Shown one piece after another: positions 28,216 through 42,711 of a stretch of 64,000 bases of DNA (its first letter is position 1; each line of letters opens with the position of its first letter). Source of the stretch: Selaginella moellendorffii (lineage: Eukaryota > Plantae > Lycopodiophyta). Under the pieces are notes generated by a model. That model saw nothing but the letters and a program-made list of their open reading frames with translations. It ran no database searches and was not told the origin of the DNA. The stretch spans positions 254,017 through 318,016 of the forward strand of contig NW_003314402.1 in assembly GCF_000143415.4 (NCBI RefSeq), in the 5' to 3' direction. The position numbers and the translations under genes are program-made.

Positions 28216-28873
28216 AGCTTTCGACTGGTATTGACAATGGGTGGAATTCGACTTCTCCAAGTTCTTTGAGAAGCCAGCACAAAGAACTTGACCAACAAAA
28301 AATAGGACAAGAGAAAAGGTTCTACTTCCAGTGCTGCTGCCACATTGGAGAGTGATGAGTCAGACTCGGAGGCTGATTATGATGTGTGGGATCTGGAAGA
28401 TAAGTTCCAATGGACGAGAGAGATCTCTCAGAGCCGGTGGCATGACATTGTGTTTGAAGATAAGAGGCCTTTGCTGGTGGCCGCACGAGAGATATGGTAT
28501 GTTTTCGAACTCCTTGTTCTAACTTCGTTTGATCCAATCCAGATCGAACGCTGGCTTTCAAGCTTTGAAGGAGCTGGAGAAGGCAGTGAAGACTTTCTAT
28601 GATTTCACGTAACTTTTGTACTATTCTGGAGATATATATGCTCGATCATAAACAGGCTGCGAGGATTGATGTGCAGAGAGATCGAGACATGGATCTCGAT
28701 ATCTTCCCTGCATTGCTCGTTATAAGGGAGTTAATGCTGGTTAGTCTTTGTGAGAATACGCTTTCTCCTCTTTTTCTTGCTTGCACGGGCTCGGATGAAA
28801 TCCTCCAAGCCACCACACACTTTTCCACAGACCTGCAACTAGTTCCGTGGAAGAAGAAAAAAGATTTGGAATG
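28216..28873 (+). pseudogene. MRL7: Pseudogene copy of MRL7/RCB-like gene
   Basis: Colinear with ~20807-21766 (SEADYDVWDLEDKFQW...VFEDKRPLLV; ARIDVQRDRDM; DEILQATTHF). It lacks the 5' end and has lost splice donors and internal segments. Confidence 0.9.
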
Positions 28874-28920
28874 AATCTTCTAATAAGTCTTATTATACGA
28901 AAACAAAATGCTTGAATAGC

Positions 28921-30802
<1,882 letters not shown>

Positions 30803-31199
30803 ATAAGGACTCGTTCCTAAAGATCCGGTTAAGATTTATACGCGCACCGCACGGATAAACACGCAGCGCAAGTAACAAGTCAGCAGGAGGGAAAAAAAAG
30901 GGACTCCAAACCCCAAACGATCACCTCACATGAAAGAAATCCATAAACAAAGATAAAGTCCAACACGATCAGCGAGGAAAAAATAAAACAGGTAGAAAAC
31001 AACAGCCTACCTCGCGCTTGGCCAAAACCCCACCTCCAAAGTGCGCCAAAAACGCTCCTTTCGCGCAGCTGATGATCACGAAACGCTTCTCGCTAGTGAC
31101 AAAAATCTGATTAGGTTTCAACCATGTTTTTCACATTTGGACATTTCTTCGAATATACTTGAATATTGACTAAAAGGGATGCCACGTATCAGATATATT

Positions 31200-32075
31200 T
31201 TAGGGTTCTTCAATCTCCCTATGGTTTTCGAGAATTCCGGACGGATCTTCTCAACGAGCAGCTTGCGATTCGGGACGCATTTGCGCGCAAGAACAAGGTA
31301 TGGGATCGCCAATGCCATGCATCTTCTCTCTTTGTTTCTTCGGCAGCATGATATTAGGAAGAATCCAGCGTTCCGGGCTCTATGTTTTTCCTCTACTTTT
31401 TTCTTCGGCGTCCAAATTGTAGAGATCTGCCTTGCAACTCGATTTCACAATGGAGGACTCATTGTCTCAACGAGATTTGGTCGAACTTCCCGAATCCGGG
31501 GAGCCAATCACGAGCGATGATTGTCTCAAGGCGATTGACAAGTGTTTTCATTCGGTATGTTTTTCTTCTACCTTGTGAAAAAAGTTTTGATAATCTCGTC
31601 CAGATTGTAGTCTCACTAATTGATCTCAACAAAGAAGAGACGAACTTCACGCGAGCCAATCACTCAAGATATCGAAAAAAGGAAAATATTGGACAGAAAA
31701 GCACATATGTTTTCATTCTGTTCGCCTTTTTTTTCATTGATTTGTTTCCAAATTGATAGGTTTGATTTTGCAGACATGGTCCCATGACGGATTATATAAC
31801 AGTGTTTTCACCGTAGGCAAAAAGAAGCTCGTTCAACCGAGCTCAACAAAGACCACAGCCAGGTTTTAGAACTCCCAGAGGTGATTTATTGATCACACAA
31901 AAGCTTTTGAAGCTTTACAGCGGATCTTTAACGTATCCAGGTCCATGGATTTGTTCTGGTTGAAGACGTAGAACGCGCTCTATTGTGGCTCGAGTGATCG
32001 ATGCTTTGGGAACATGGGATGCTCTCACTTGAACTTCTAGGAAAATAAAATACTGGTTTCCTCAAGTTCTAGCAA
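31200..32075 (+). pseudogene. VPS22: ESCRT-II VPS22/SNF8 (EAP30) remnant with an internal partial duplication
   Basis: AFARKNK|HDIRKNPAFRA, GVQIVEICLATRFHNGGLI, EPITSDDCLKAIDK, VGKKKLV..TELNKDHSQVLEL, RVIDAL and YWFP, broken by deletions. Confidence 0.85.
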
Positions 32076-32153
32076 TGCGGGAGAAATCTAAAAAGCTTTT
32101 CAAAAGTAACGAGCATTCGCTTTATATCAGTATCAATGGTGTTCACTTTGGAA

Positions 32154-33600
32154 TCAAGGAGCTAGCAAAGATGGTGTAAACAGAAAGATAGACTTCAAAT
32201 GAAAAGCCTCCTGATTTTCATGACAACTCCAGGTTTTGGTCCTGTAATCGAAAAATACCTTACGAAACACAGACGAAACCAATAAGGTGTCCTTGTAAGA
32301 ACAGGCTCCAAGGCAGGAGTCGCTAATAAACCATGGTTCATACCTTCCCTCTTCAACAAAACTCATTGAGGCAGGATCCAACCTCATCACCACCAATTCG
32401 AATAATCTTGGTTTTCCAATGTCAAATGTGAGGAAATGTGAGGTTGATGACACCGGAAAGGGACCTCGAAACCAACGCCATTCTTTAATCTCAAATGCTG
32501 CCATTCATTCCATGGACCAGCTCATGTCTTCCAGGTTGAGGCACCACACCCCCCAATGCCCCCGCTGCGAATGATTTGTCCAAAACATTCTTTGCTGTAC
32601 CATTAGAAAGACACTCATACAGTCAGCTTTGAAATCTTGAGAGCCGCAAGAAGCATCAAAATCCACGCACAACCAAGCGTGCCATTCGCTTCCCTCCCAG
32701 CAATCAAGCACTTTTTAACTCGAAAGCAGGGAGCACACGGCTGAGACTCGCAGCTGAAGGAGACAACGCGCCAGACTACACAATGAGGGCAGTTTTGGTG
32801 GTCGCTTTAATTTGGAGTCAAAGAGCTAGCAAAGATAGAAAGATAGACTTTGAAAACAAGGCCTTCTGGTTTTGATGACGTCCTGTAATCCAAGAATGCC
32901 TTCTGCTTCACAGCCGAAACCAACAAGTTCATTCAAGTTCATTCAAAGTTCAAGTTCAGCGTTTACATGTAAACCTAGCTATGTTAACACAGTCATTCTT
33001 GCGCATTATATGTGCAAGAGGATATTCAGAGGGTACATATGATTCAAGATCAGGGATGTGGACTAGCAAAGGCTGGTGTTTTTATTATTCGTTTGGAATG
33101 AACCATGTTTGGAATGACCAATTGTACTACTTTTGTTCGCAGCAGGGGCATTGGGGGGTGTGGTGCCTCAACCTGGAAGACATGAGCTGGTCCATGGAAT
33201 GGATTGCGCCACTTAATGAGAAAGGAGAGACTTTTATTGTTGAAGAGGGATGTTTTGGACCATGGAAAAGTGGCAACTCCAAAATCCACCAGTTGATTGC
33301 AACTCTAATTAACAGCACATATGCAGTTTTGGGAGCACCTTGAAAGCTCCAGTGAGCGGATTGAAAACAACATAGTCATTTCTCCTCTTTCCAAATGCTA
33401 GTGATAACTTATATTTGGTTGGAAGAATATGGGAACTAATCCTTGTGTCCAGGAAATGGATTGACTCTGTCACCATATTGAATGACATGCAAAACATGAG
33501 GGAAATCTCATGGTTCCTAGAATGAAACTTTGCAAAACTTAGTGTATCTATTTGGTGTACACACTGCTCTATAAAAGATCCCTTTTCAAACTTTCGAATA
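32154..33600. pseudogene. Two rearranged fragments of a lineage-specific F-box-associated beta-propeller gene
   Basis: YVVFNPLTGAFKVLP (minus strand, ~33340-33380), YDSRSGMW..., GHWGVWCLNLEDMSWSME on both strands, and terminal FLFTPSLLAP*. 32150-32285 is directly repeated at 32810-32925. Confidence 0.6.
32506..33201. repeat. 66-bp inverted repeat (32506-32571 / 33136-33201), one mismatch
   Basis: cattccatggaccagctcatgtcttccaggttgaggcaccacaccccccaatgcccc[c/t]gctgcgaa and its reverse complement. Confidence 0.92.
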
Positions 33601-34066
33601 TTCTCTCTATAACAATCCCGCCTTTTTTCTTCAAGCTTTGGCTTTCTCCTTTTCTTTGGCGGCCTTCTTGTCGCGCTCCTTCAATTCATGCTGGACCCAG
33701 TTCAGCATAAACAAGTATGGATCTGCGCGTATCGATCAATAGCGCTGAGAATTATCCCGAGAACTGGGCAGGAATGGGGAGGAATTGGATGAAATTCGAT
33801 GGGAAAATCTTACCGGCGGGCTGGGAAGTGAACATACAAGTGAGGAATTGGAACATCATCGTGTGCACATCGGATCTACATGTGTAATCTTCCATCGCCG
33901 CGCGCCGTGGGTTCTTGCGCTTCTCGTCTTCCATCGCGAGACAGAACCGAAATGCCTCCCCTAATTTGGACGGTGGAGATAAGGAGCTGAATGGACGGCC
34001 CACGATGAGCGGCATTGTTTTGTATAGCTCCAGATGTAGGGCTGGAGAGCTCGGAGATTGACCGCG

Positions 34067-36401
34067 ATGTTCTCTCGGCGATCTCGAGAATTCAAGTCTG
34101 GCGAGTCGAGATTCTCCACCGGATCGGACAACGATGTCAAGATCGATGACAGCACAATCCGAGCTGTGGAGACCTCTCTCCGCGAGGCGCTCACCCTCAA
34201 TAACGAGGTATGGCATTTCTTTCCTGCTCGCCGCATCGATCGATCGGACAATTAGGAAGCGAGAGCTTTGCTGGGAAGAATCGAGTTCCAGAAGGAGGAT
34301 TTCCAGTCGGCTTTGCATATCCTGGAAGGGATCCAAGTCGACAATATATTTCCTCGCGTGAAGTTCTTGGTCCCGGCCAAGAACAAGCACAAGCGAGGGA
34401 AAATTCGCAGTGAGATCGTCAAACACCAGCGTCGCAGCGATGTTCCACAGCCGCTAACACTACAATCGGCAATCCTTCTTCTGGAAGGAGTCTACCTCAA
34501 AGTGATGTCTCTGGAACACCTTGGTCGATCATCAGGTATGAAAATTCTATAGCCACTTTGTTTTCTATCTTTTCTATGGACACTCTTGATGCTGTGTTCA
34601 CAGGTTTTACGTTGCTTATTTCCTTGCAGACGCTGCTGAAGTGTGCAACTTCTTGGTCGAAAGTTTTGATGCAACGTTTCCTCACGGCCTTCCTGATCAT
34701 CTAGCCGGCACGAAGATCCAAGAGTTTTACAACAAGGTCTTGGAGTTCTTGCCCGAGTTTTTCAAGCGAGAGGGACACTATGCCGACGCTGTGGTGTCGT
34801 ATAGAAAAGCTCTACGCAGCCACTGGGAGCCCGGCTCGAAAACTCTGTGCTCCTTGCAACTTGGCTTGGCCGTGTTACTCTTATACGGTGGTTTCGAAGC
34901 GCCACCTTGCCCGAGTGGTGTCTACGAAGGAGACTTTGTTCCAAACAACAATGTGGAAGAGGCCATCTTGTTGCTGATAGATGCTGCGACGAAATCCATG
35001 GTCGCTAGGACGCCGAGGTGCCTGGAAGTTATGGAGCATCTCTGCTTTGCTCTAGCAACGTGCGGGCATTTCGAAGCATTGGCACAGCAGTACGAGAGTG
35101 TGGTTCCGGGGATTTATAGCAGAACAGAAAGGTGGTTTAGCCTTGCGCTATGCTACATGGCCGCCAGAGATAACAAGGCGGCTTTGAATCTACTTCGGAA
35201 AGCTCTCGGGGAAGTGGAGAGGCCCAACGACGTTTCTTCTCTACTGCATGCGGCATCAATCTGCTCGGGGAGTGCGAGGCTTGCTCCAGAGGGAGTGAAG
35301 TATAGCCAGAAGGCGATAGACAACGCTACAGGTGAAATGGAGTACTTGAAAGGCAAAGCTTGGCAGGTTCTCGGGATCGTTTTGAGCGTCAAGGCCAGAG
35401 CTGCTGCGTCAAATGCTGAGAGGTCTGCGATCACCAAGGAGGCTCTTTCAGCTTGGCACGAGGCTTCCAAGCTGGAGCGTGTTGATGCCAAGACGCTCTT
35501 CCACTTCGGCCTGGTTCACGCAGAAGAAGGAAATCTCAGGGTGGCCATGAAGAGCGCGAAGAAGTTTCTTGAAGTAAGCTGTGCGTCGGCAACAGGATGG
35601 AGGTTCCTCGCTCTCGTGCTGTCTGCGCAGCAGAGGTTTCGCGAGTCGGAGCTTGTGATTGATGCCGGCTTGGAAGAGGTGAACTCCTGGGAGCAAGGGG
35701 AGCTGTGGCTCAGGAAGGCGAAGTTACAGGTTGCTCAAGGCAAACACCTCGATGCACTGGAAACTTACAAGCTACTCTTGGCACTTTCGGCTGAGAAGAA
35801 GGTGACCTCTTATTCGATCTAAGTTTATGGCAGAACTAAGCGAGCTATCGTATCCATTACAGACGAGCATCCCCGAGCTGACCGTGTGGCGAGAGATGGC
35901 CGATGCCTGCATAGCTTTGTCTCAGTGGAACGATGCAAAAACTTGTTTGGAAAAGGCCAAGTTTTTGGACGTGGCTTGCGCGGGTACTTGGCATGGATAC
36001 GGTAAGCACCTAGTTCGAGAAACTCCATTGATATAAACTCGCGGTTTTTTCTTTTCGAACCAGGTTTGTTCTTCATGGCTCAAAGCAAGAGCGACGAGGC
36101 ACTAGCAGCATTCGACACTGCTCTCACTTGCGACCCGGAGTACGTAGAGAGCAAAGTCCAGATTGGAGCTGTGCTAAGCGGCTATGGTGGAAAGTCCCTT
36201 CCGGTGGCCAGGAGCTTCCTCAATGACGCTCTCCGGCTTGAGCCCAGGAATCCATCGGCGTGGTTCCATCTCGGGGCCGTGCACGAGATGGAAGGCCGGA
36301 TGGAGCAAGCCGCCGAGTGCTTCCACACAGGTTACATCCTCGACCAGTCTCTCCCGGTGGAGAGCTTTGGAACTCTCCTGGAGATCAAGAGGGGACAATA
36401 G
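34067..36401 (+). CDS. NPG1/NPGR-family TPR calmodulin-binding protein (TTC7-like)
   Basis: ETSLREALTLNNE|EARALLGRIEFQK, FVPNNNVEEAILLL, PGIYSRTERW, GWRFLALVLSAQQRFRE, LPVARSFLNDALRLEP and PVESFG. Start codon uncertain. Confidence 0.9.
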
Positions 36402-36580
36402 AGCGCTCAAACTTTTCAGGCTTTGCAACTCTCCTGGAGACCGAGAGGGGGCGATGGAACTCTCTCTGGATCAATCAATTCAAAGAACAGTGGAGAGCTT
36501 TGCAACTCTCCTGGAGATACTCAAACGATTCAAATTATAAAAAGGAATAAAATGGCGGTGTCGAGGCTTCCGAATATTCT

Positions 36581-36590
36581 GACACGTGGC
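36581..36590. promoter_or_regulatory. G-box/ABRE GACACGTGGC upstream of ABCB
   Basis: Perfect extended G-box ~180 nt before the ATG. Confidence 0.4.
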
Positions 36591-36766
36591 GTGTCCATAT
36601 TGGCTGGGGATCCTCGCATTGCAGTTGGCAAAATCCCACGCTAGGGCCAGTGCCGGCGCTGGAAATGGCCTCGCGGAGTTGCGCTCCAGGGATGGATTCC
36701 TCGCGAATGATTGCTGTTTCCTTGCGAAATATCGCCGATCGATGAGATTCTAGGGGCGACCGCGGG

Positions 36767-39700
36767 ATGGGGACGCTCTCCAACGAAGATCTTGCGCGAT
36801 TCATAGCTCCTTGCGGCGGCGGCGGCACCGAGCGCGAGGTGGAGGTGAGCGCCGAGAACAATGTGAGTGCTAGCTCGGAGGTTCCAGTCGGGCTGGAGCT
36901 GGACGACTCGGAGCTCCTCTTCATCGAGGAGCTAGCTGGGAACAGGGATTACTTCGACTCGGATGAATTCTTCCGGCTGGAATACGGCTCCAGCAAGTCG
37001 TGCATCGATGTCGAGGGCCGGAATTTCAAGGATATCGATCAGGTCGAGCCGGAGGACCTGGATTTTGCGTGGAAGGGCGGGAGGGATGATAGCTGCTTGG
37101 AGGACAAGGATAGGCAGCCGGCAGGATCTTCCAAGGACTCCATTCCCAGAGTTCCATTTTACAAGATGTACGCTTTTGCTGATCCTCTTGACTATCTTCT
37201 CATGGCGATTGGAACACTGGGAGCTGTGGTGCATGGGCTTGCGGTGCCCGTGTATTTCTACTTTTTTGGGAGGCTTGTGGACGCTTTCGGGGAGAACTAC
37301 GCGAATCCATCCAGTATGGCATCCGAGGTTTCAACTGTAAGTGGTCTTTTTCTATCCAAACTTTTTTTTTCGTGGTGTTTGATCTTTTGTCTTCCCAGTA
37401 CTCCTTGTATTTGCTCTACTTGGCGCTGGTTGTTCTAGGCGCAGCTTGGCTTGGTAAGTCTAGACAGTGCAGATTTGAGAATTTCTATGCTTCGTTTTGT
37501 ACTTGTAGAGGTTTCGTGCTGGATGCACTCTGGTGAGCGGCAATCTGCCAAGATACGCATCAAGTACCTCAAGTCGATCCTCGTTCAAGATGTGGGATTT
37601 TTTGACACGGATATGTGTGTTGGCGAGATTGTGAACCAGATATCAAGTGATATACTCATCATTCAAGATGCCATCAGTGAGAAGGTTGGTCTTTATTTTT
37701 TTCTTACACTCTCCGTTTGAGCTTACGACGCAATGTTGTCAGGCTGGCAACCTTATTCACTTTCTAGCAAGATTTATAGGAGGTTTAGTTGCAGGTTTTG
37801 TGGCAGTATGGCAACTTGCACTTATTACAGTTGCTGTGGTTCCTGCAATTGCTCTTGCTGGAGGTAAAATCTATCTAAGCTGGCTTTTAGAATCTTAACT
37901 ATGTTCTATAAGCAGGTGCCTATGCAGTTTCACTTATCAACACTGCTGCAAAGAGCCAGAAAGCTAATGAAGAAGCTGGAAAGATTGCAGAACAGGTATG
38001 ACAACATGAATCAAGTCTAAAAGCCTCTAATTTAAGAACTTTCGCGTCCATAGGGGCTGAAAGGGCTTACAGGTCGATGGCTTGCCAGGTCATTGCTCAA
38101 GTGAGGACTGTTTATTCTTTTGGAGGAGAAGCAAGGGCCGCTAAGGCTTATTCAGACGCCTTGCAGCCAACCTTGAGGCTTGGGAAGCGAGCAGGCCTTG
38201 TTAAGGGCCTTGGAATTGGAGTAACTTACGGGCTTGTTTTATGTGCCTGGGCTCTGCTGCTATGGTACGCCGGCGTTCTTATTCGGCATGGAATGTCTGA
38301 TGCTGGAAAGGCTTTTACGACTATTCTCAACATAGTTGTTAGTGGTTTGTAAGTAATGCTTCATTTCCTCGTAACGTTTTTTCTCACTGATATTTGGCAG
38401 TTCTCTCGGACAAGCGTTCTCCAACTTTCCTGCTCTTGCGGAAGGTCGGGCAGCAGCTTCCAACATAATACAAATGGTGAAAAGAAGGCCGGCCATGCTT
38501 CATAATCAAGGCGGACGACTTGAAGAAGTTTATGGGGACATTGAGCTGCGAAATATTTGCTTTAGCTATCCTTCCCGACCAGAGTCTTTGGTTCTGAAAG
38601 ACTTTTCTTTGATGGTGCCTGCTGGAAAGACAATTGCGATTATCGGTAGCAGTGGCTCTGGCAAAAGTACCGTGGTTTCTCTCATCGAACGTTTCTATGA
38701 CCCGCTTTCCGGTACAGTACATAAATTTATCGTATTGTGTTGCGAGCTGAAATTTGAAATGATTTGTTTAAGGTGACGTTCTTTTGGATGGAACAAACAT
38801 AAAATATTTGGAGCTTCAGTGGTTGAGAAAACAGATTGGTCTTGTAAGTCAGGAGCCGATATTGTTTGCAACCACTATTCGAGAAAATCTGCTCTACAGC
38901 AAAGAAGATGCAACCATGGAGGAGTTAATAGAAGTCTCTAAAGCTTCAAACGCACACGAATTTATTGATCTCTTTCCTGAAGGCTACGAAACTCAGGTTG
39001 GTCATTTGGATTTCCTACACGCCAAGGGCTGAACTTGTTTACAGGTTGGTGAACGAGGTGTGCAACTTTCTGGCGGAGAAAAACAAAGGGTGGCACTGGC
39101 AAGAGCGATGCTCAAGAATCCAAAGATACTTCTTCTGGATGAGGCTACAAGTGCACTGGATACAGGTTCGCAGCAGCTGGTTCAGGATGCACTTGATCGA
39201 TTTAGAGTCGGCCGAACAACAGTGGTGATCGCTCACCAGCTTTCAACTATCAGGCATGCAGATAGTATTGCGGTTGTTCATCACGGAAGAATCGTTGAAA
39301 TGGGAACGCATGAAGAGCTATTAGCTAAAGGGGAGAAAGGTGCTTATGCTGCGCTCTCAAAGCTGCAGGATACTGGTCTATTCCTAGTTCAAATGGCCGA
39401 AAACATGGCTACTATCGCTACGAGAAAGTCTGGGTAAGGACGTCCGTATTCAGTTTTTCAAAAAGGACTTGGTTTGTATGCAGACTATCGGACGAGTTTT
39501 CTTCCGAAGAAAGCTGTTTTGACCTGGACCTTGGCGCAAATCAGGCTGTTGAAGAACCGGAAGGGCCACGTCCGCCCAGACCCTCGATCTGGAGGCTAAT
39601 GCAACTCAACAAACCGGAATGGCCATATGCTTTACTCGGTACTATTGGAGCAATCATATCCGGATGCGAGTTTCCTTTGTTTGCCTTGGCCATCACGCAA

Positions 39701-41522
39701 GTTTTGATTACGTTCTACAGTCCTGACAAGGAATTCCTCAAGAAAGAAGTCAGCAAGTTCTCGCTCATATTAACCGGTTCCACCATCTGTGTTGTTTTCA
39801 GCCACATGCTCCAGCACTATTCGTTTGGAGCCATGGGTGAAAGTCTGACGAAGCGAGTGCGAGAAATGATGTTCCTAGGTACATAAACTCACTCTCATCC
39901 ATGGCTGGTAATGGAAGGTAAGATTGAGTTTAACAGTGCATTTTATTCATTCTCTTGTCACAGTGGACTAACTTTTGACATTTCAGGTATTCTCAACAAT
40001 GAAATATCCTGGTTTGACGAGGAAGATAACAGATGTGGACTAGTAGCTTCTCGCCTGGCATCTGATGCGACAATGGTCCGAGTCGTCATCGCTGACCGCA
40101 TGTCCACTATTGTTCAAAATCTCGCCTTGATGTTCGTGGCTTTCTTCATTGCATACGTTCTGGAATGGCGCGTGGCTGTTGTCATTACAGCGACGTTCCC
40201 ACTGTTGCTCATAGCGTTGGTTGGCGAGGTACGAAGCTCCTGAATTTTGACGCATAGCTATGTATCTATATTCACACTTAGCTCTTGACTTACAGCAAAT
40301 GTTTCTAAAAGGCTTCAGTGGAGACCTCTCAAAAGCATACTCGAGAGCCAGTACGGTGGCGAGCGAGGCCGTCGGAAACATTCGCACAGTTGCTGCCTTT
40401 TGCTCCGAAAAGAAAGTCATCGATTCTTTTGTTCGAGAGCTCCAGGTACCGAAGCGGAAGGTCTTCCTCAGAGGTCATGTAGCGGGTGTTTGCTACGGCA
40501 TCTCTCAGTTCTTCCTTTACACCTCGTACGCGCTGGGATTGTGGTACAGCTCCGTGCTGATCAAGAAAGGCGTGACAGGTTTTGCGAACGCTATCAAGAC
40601 GTTCATGGTGATTATAATCACTGCATTCGGGGTTGCTGAGACTCTGGCCACAGCTCCAGATTTGATCAAAGGCAGCCAGGCATTATACGCAGTTTTCGAG
40701 ATCATGGATCGTAAGGGCCAGATAAATCCAAACACGCGAGCCATGGAGATCAGCAACGTGAAAGGCGATGTAGACTTTAGGCACGTCGAGTTCAGCTATC
40801 CAGCCCGCAAAGACGTGGTTATTTTCCGGGACTTGAGCTTGAGGATCAGAGCCGGCAAGAGTTTGGCCTTGGTTGGAGCTAGCGGCTCAGGCAAGAGCTC
40901 CGTGGTGGCTCTCATCCAGAGGTTTTACGACCCGGTATCCGGCTACATCATGATAGACGGCAAGAACATCAGGAGCCTCAACCTTCAGTCTCTTCGCAGG
41001 CACATCGGCTTAGTCCAGCAGGAGCCGGCTCTCTTTTCATGCAGCATTTACGAGAACATCCTCTATGGCAAAGAGGGAGCCTCCGAGGCCGAGATCGTGC
41101 AGGCAGCAAAGACGGCCAATGCTCACGGCTTTATCAGCAGCTTACCAAACGGCTACCAGACACAAGTCGGCGAGCGAGGCGTCCAGCTCTCGGGTGGCCA
41201 GAAGCAGCGAGTCGCCATTGCTCGAGCGGTTCTCAAGTGTCCCGCGATCCTCCTCCTGGACGAGGCGACGAGTGCGCTGGATGCACACTCCGAGAAGCAG
41301 GTCCAGGAGGCGCTGGACCGAGTGATGCGAGGCAGGACGACGCTCATCGTCGCGCACCGATTCTCGGCCATCCGGAACGCGGACATCATCGCGGTCGTGC
41401 AGGACGGCACGGTGGTGGAACAAGGCAGCCCCAAGGAGCTCCTCAGCAACAGGAACAGTGCTTACTTCCAGCTCGTCAAACTCCATGCCCGCCACCGCAC
41501 GAGCAAGCTGGAAATCTTGTAA
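36767..41522 (+). CDS. ABCB: Full-size ABCB (P-glycoprotein/MDR) transporter
   Basis: TMD-NBD-TMD-NBD layout: [80 protein letters not shown] and [14 protein letters not shown]. Confidence 0.95.
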
Positions 41523-41966
41523 ATCAAAACTCTGGTACGTCCCCTCGCTCTCTTTCTCTCTTTTTCTAACGCTACTTTTGTAGGAGCAGCAACACCTCGT
41601 CGTTACATTGGCTTGCATTTCATTTTGATATGAAGAGGAGAATCATCGCGAATCAATCAGACGAAGCCGAAAGAAGGTATGGAGTTTTTGCTCCTCATCT
41701 ATCTCAGAGAAGTTGGATTCTTACGAACGAAACTACGCACAGTTTGGACAGCATTCTATCAAAGTTTTTAACTTCTTTTGGGCAAAACGAAAGCTTGTGC
41801 TCCTATTTAGAAGGTATGTCTTTGCGATTTTCATGTTTTGAGGAGCCGGAAGTTTGTCTACTGAGCTCGAGACATCTGGCCTCACCGGATTCCAACTTCC
41901 AAGCTCGCGCAAACTCCCTGTGACCCGCTACTCGTGTTTCTCGCGCGGCCCATCCAACTCTCCAGC

Positions 41967-41975
41967 TATATAAGA
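41967..41975 (+). promoter_or_regulatory. TATA box (CTATATAAG) of the lectin gene
   Basis: Consensus TATA ~90 nt upstream of ATG 42060. Confidence 0.6.
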
Positions 41976-42059
41976 CCGACGCGACGAGCCGGAGCTATCC
42001 ATCGAAAGCCCATCCGCACAGAAGAAGCTCCTCCACAGCTCTTTCCAGAGTTCTAAACC

Positions 42060-42497
42060 ATGGAGAAATCCATGGCTGTGACGTGCATCGCGCTCCTCCT
42101 GCTGGCCACCATCGCCCTCTACTGCGACGCCGCCGGCCCCCCGGCCCCCGCCAGTGACACTCTCTTCACCAACAAGCAGCTCCGCTCCAACGAGGAGCTG
42201 CGATCCAACAACAGCTTCTTCGTCTTCAAGGTCCAGAGCGATTGCAACATGGTGCTGACGCGGGTCTCGGATTCCAGCGTGCTGTGGTCGTCCGGGACGG
42301 GCGGAAAGGCGGCCGGGTGCTGGGTGACGATGCAAGGCGATGGGAATTTGGTGCTCTACTCCAACCAGAACAACGCCGTGTGGATGAGCAAGACGGCGCG
42401 CAAGGAGGATCTCTACACGCTGATGGTGCAGGACGATGGGAATGCCGTGATCTACACCGCCTCCCACGTCGCGATTTGGTCCACCAGTTACGATTGA
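42060..42497 (+). CDS. Secreted GNA-type (bulb) mannose-binding lectin
   Basis: Signal peptide and three QxDxNxVxY-type sites (QSDCNMVLT, QGDGNLVLY, QDDGNAVIY); ends AIWST. Confidence 0.92.
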   Translation: MEKSMAVTCIALLLLATIALYCDAAGPPAPASDTLFTNKQLRSNEELRSNNSFFVFKVQSDCNMVLTRVSDSSVLWSSGTGGKAAGCWVTMQGDGNLVLYSNQNNAVWMSKTARKEDLYTLMVQDDGNAVIYTASHVAIWSTSYD

Positions 42498-42711
42498 TTG
42501 ATCTGATTGAGTCGATGGTTGCTTCTTTTCTACTGAAATAAACTATATGCCAATTTGTTCTATGATCATTCAATATCTTTCTTGCTTTGCTTTGCTTTGC
42601 TTCTTTCCTAATGAAATAAACTACCGTAAAAGATATTTCTTGTGATCATGTAAAAAGATAAGATCCCCACTTTGTATGAACTTTACCACACCAAAAGCCT
42701 GAAATACAAGA

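Noticed and set aside
41590-41925. Exon-like fragments with splice signals between ABCB and the lectin
   Set aside because: No identifiable homology or coherent gene model.
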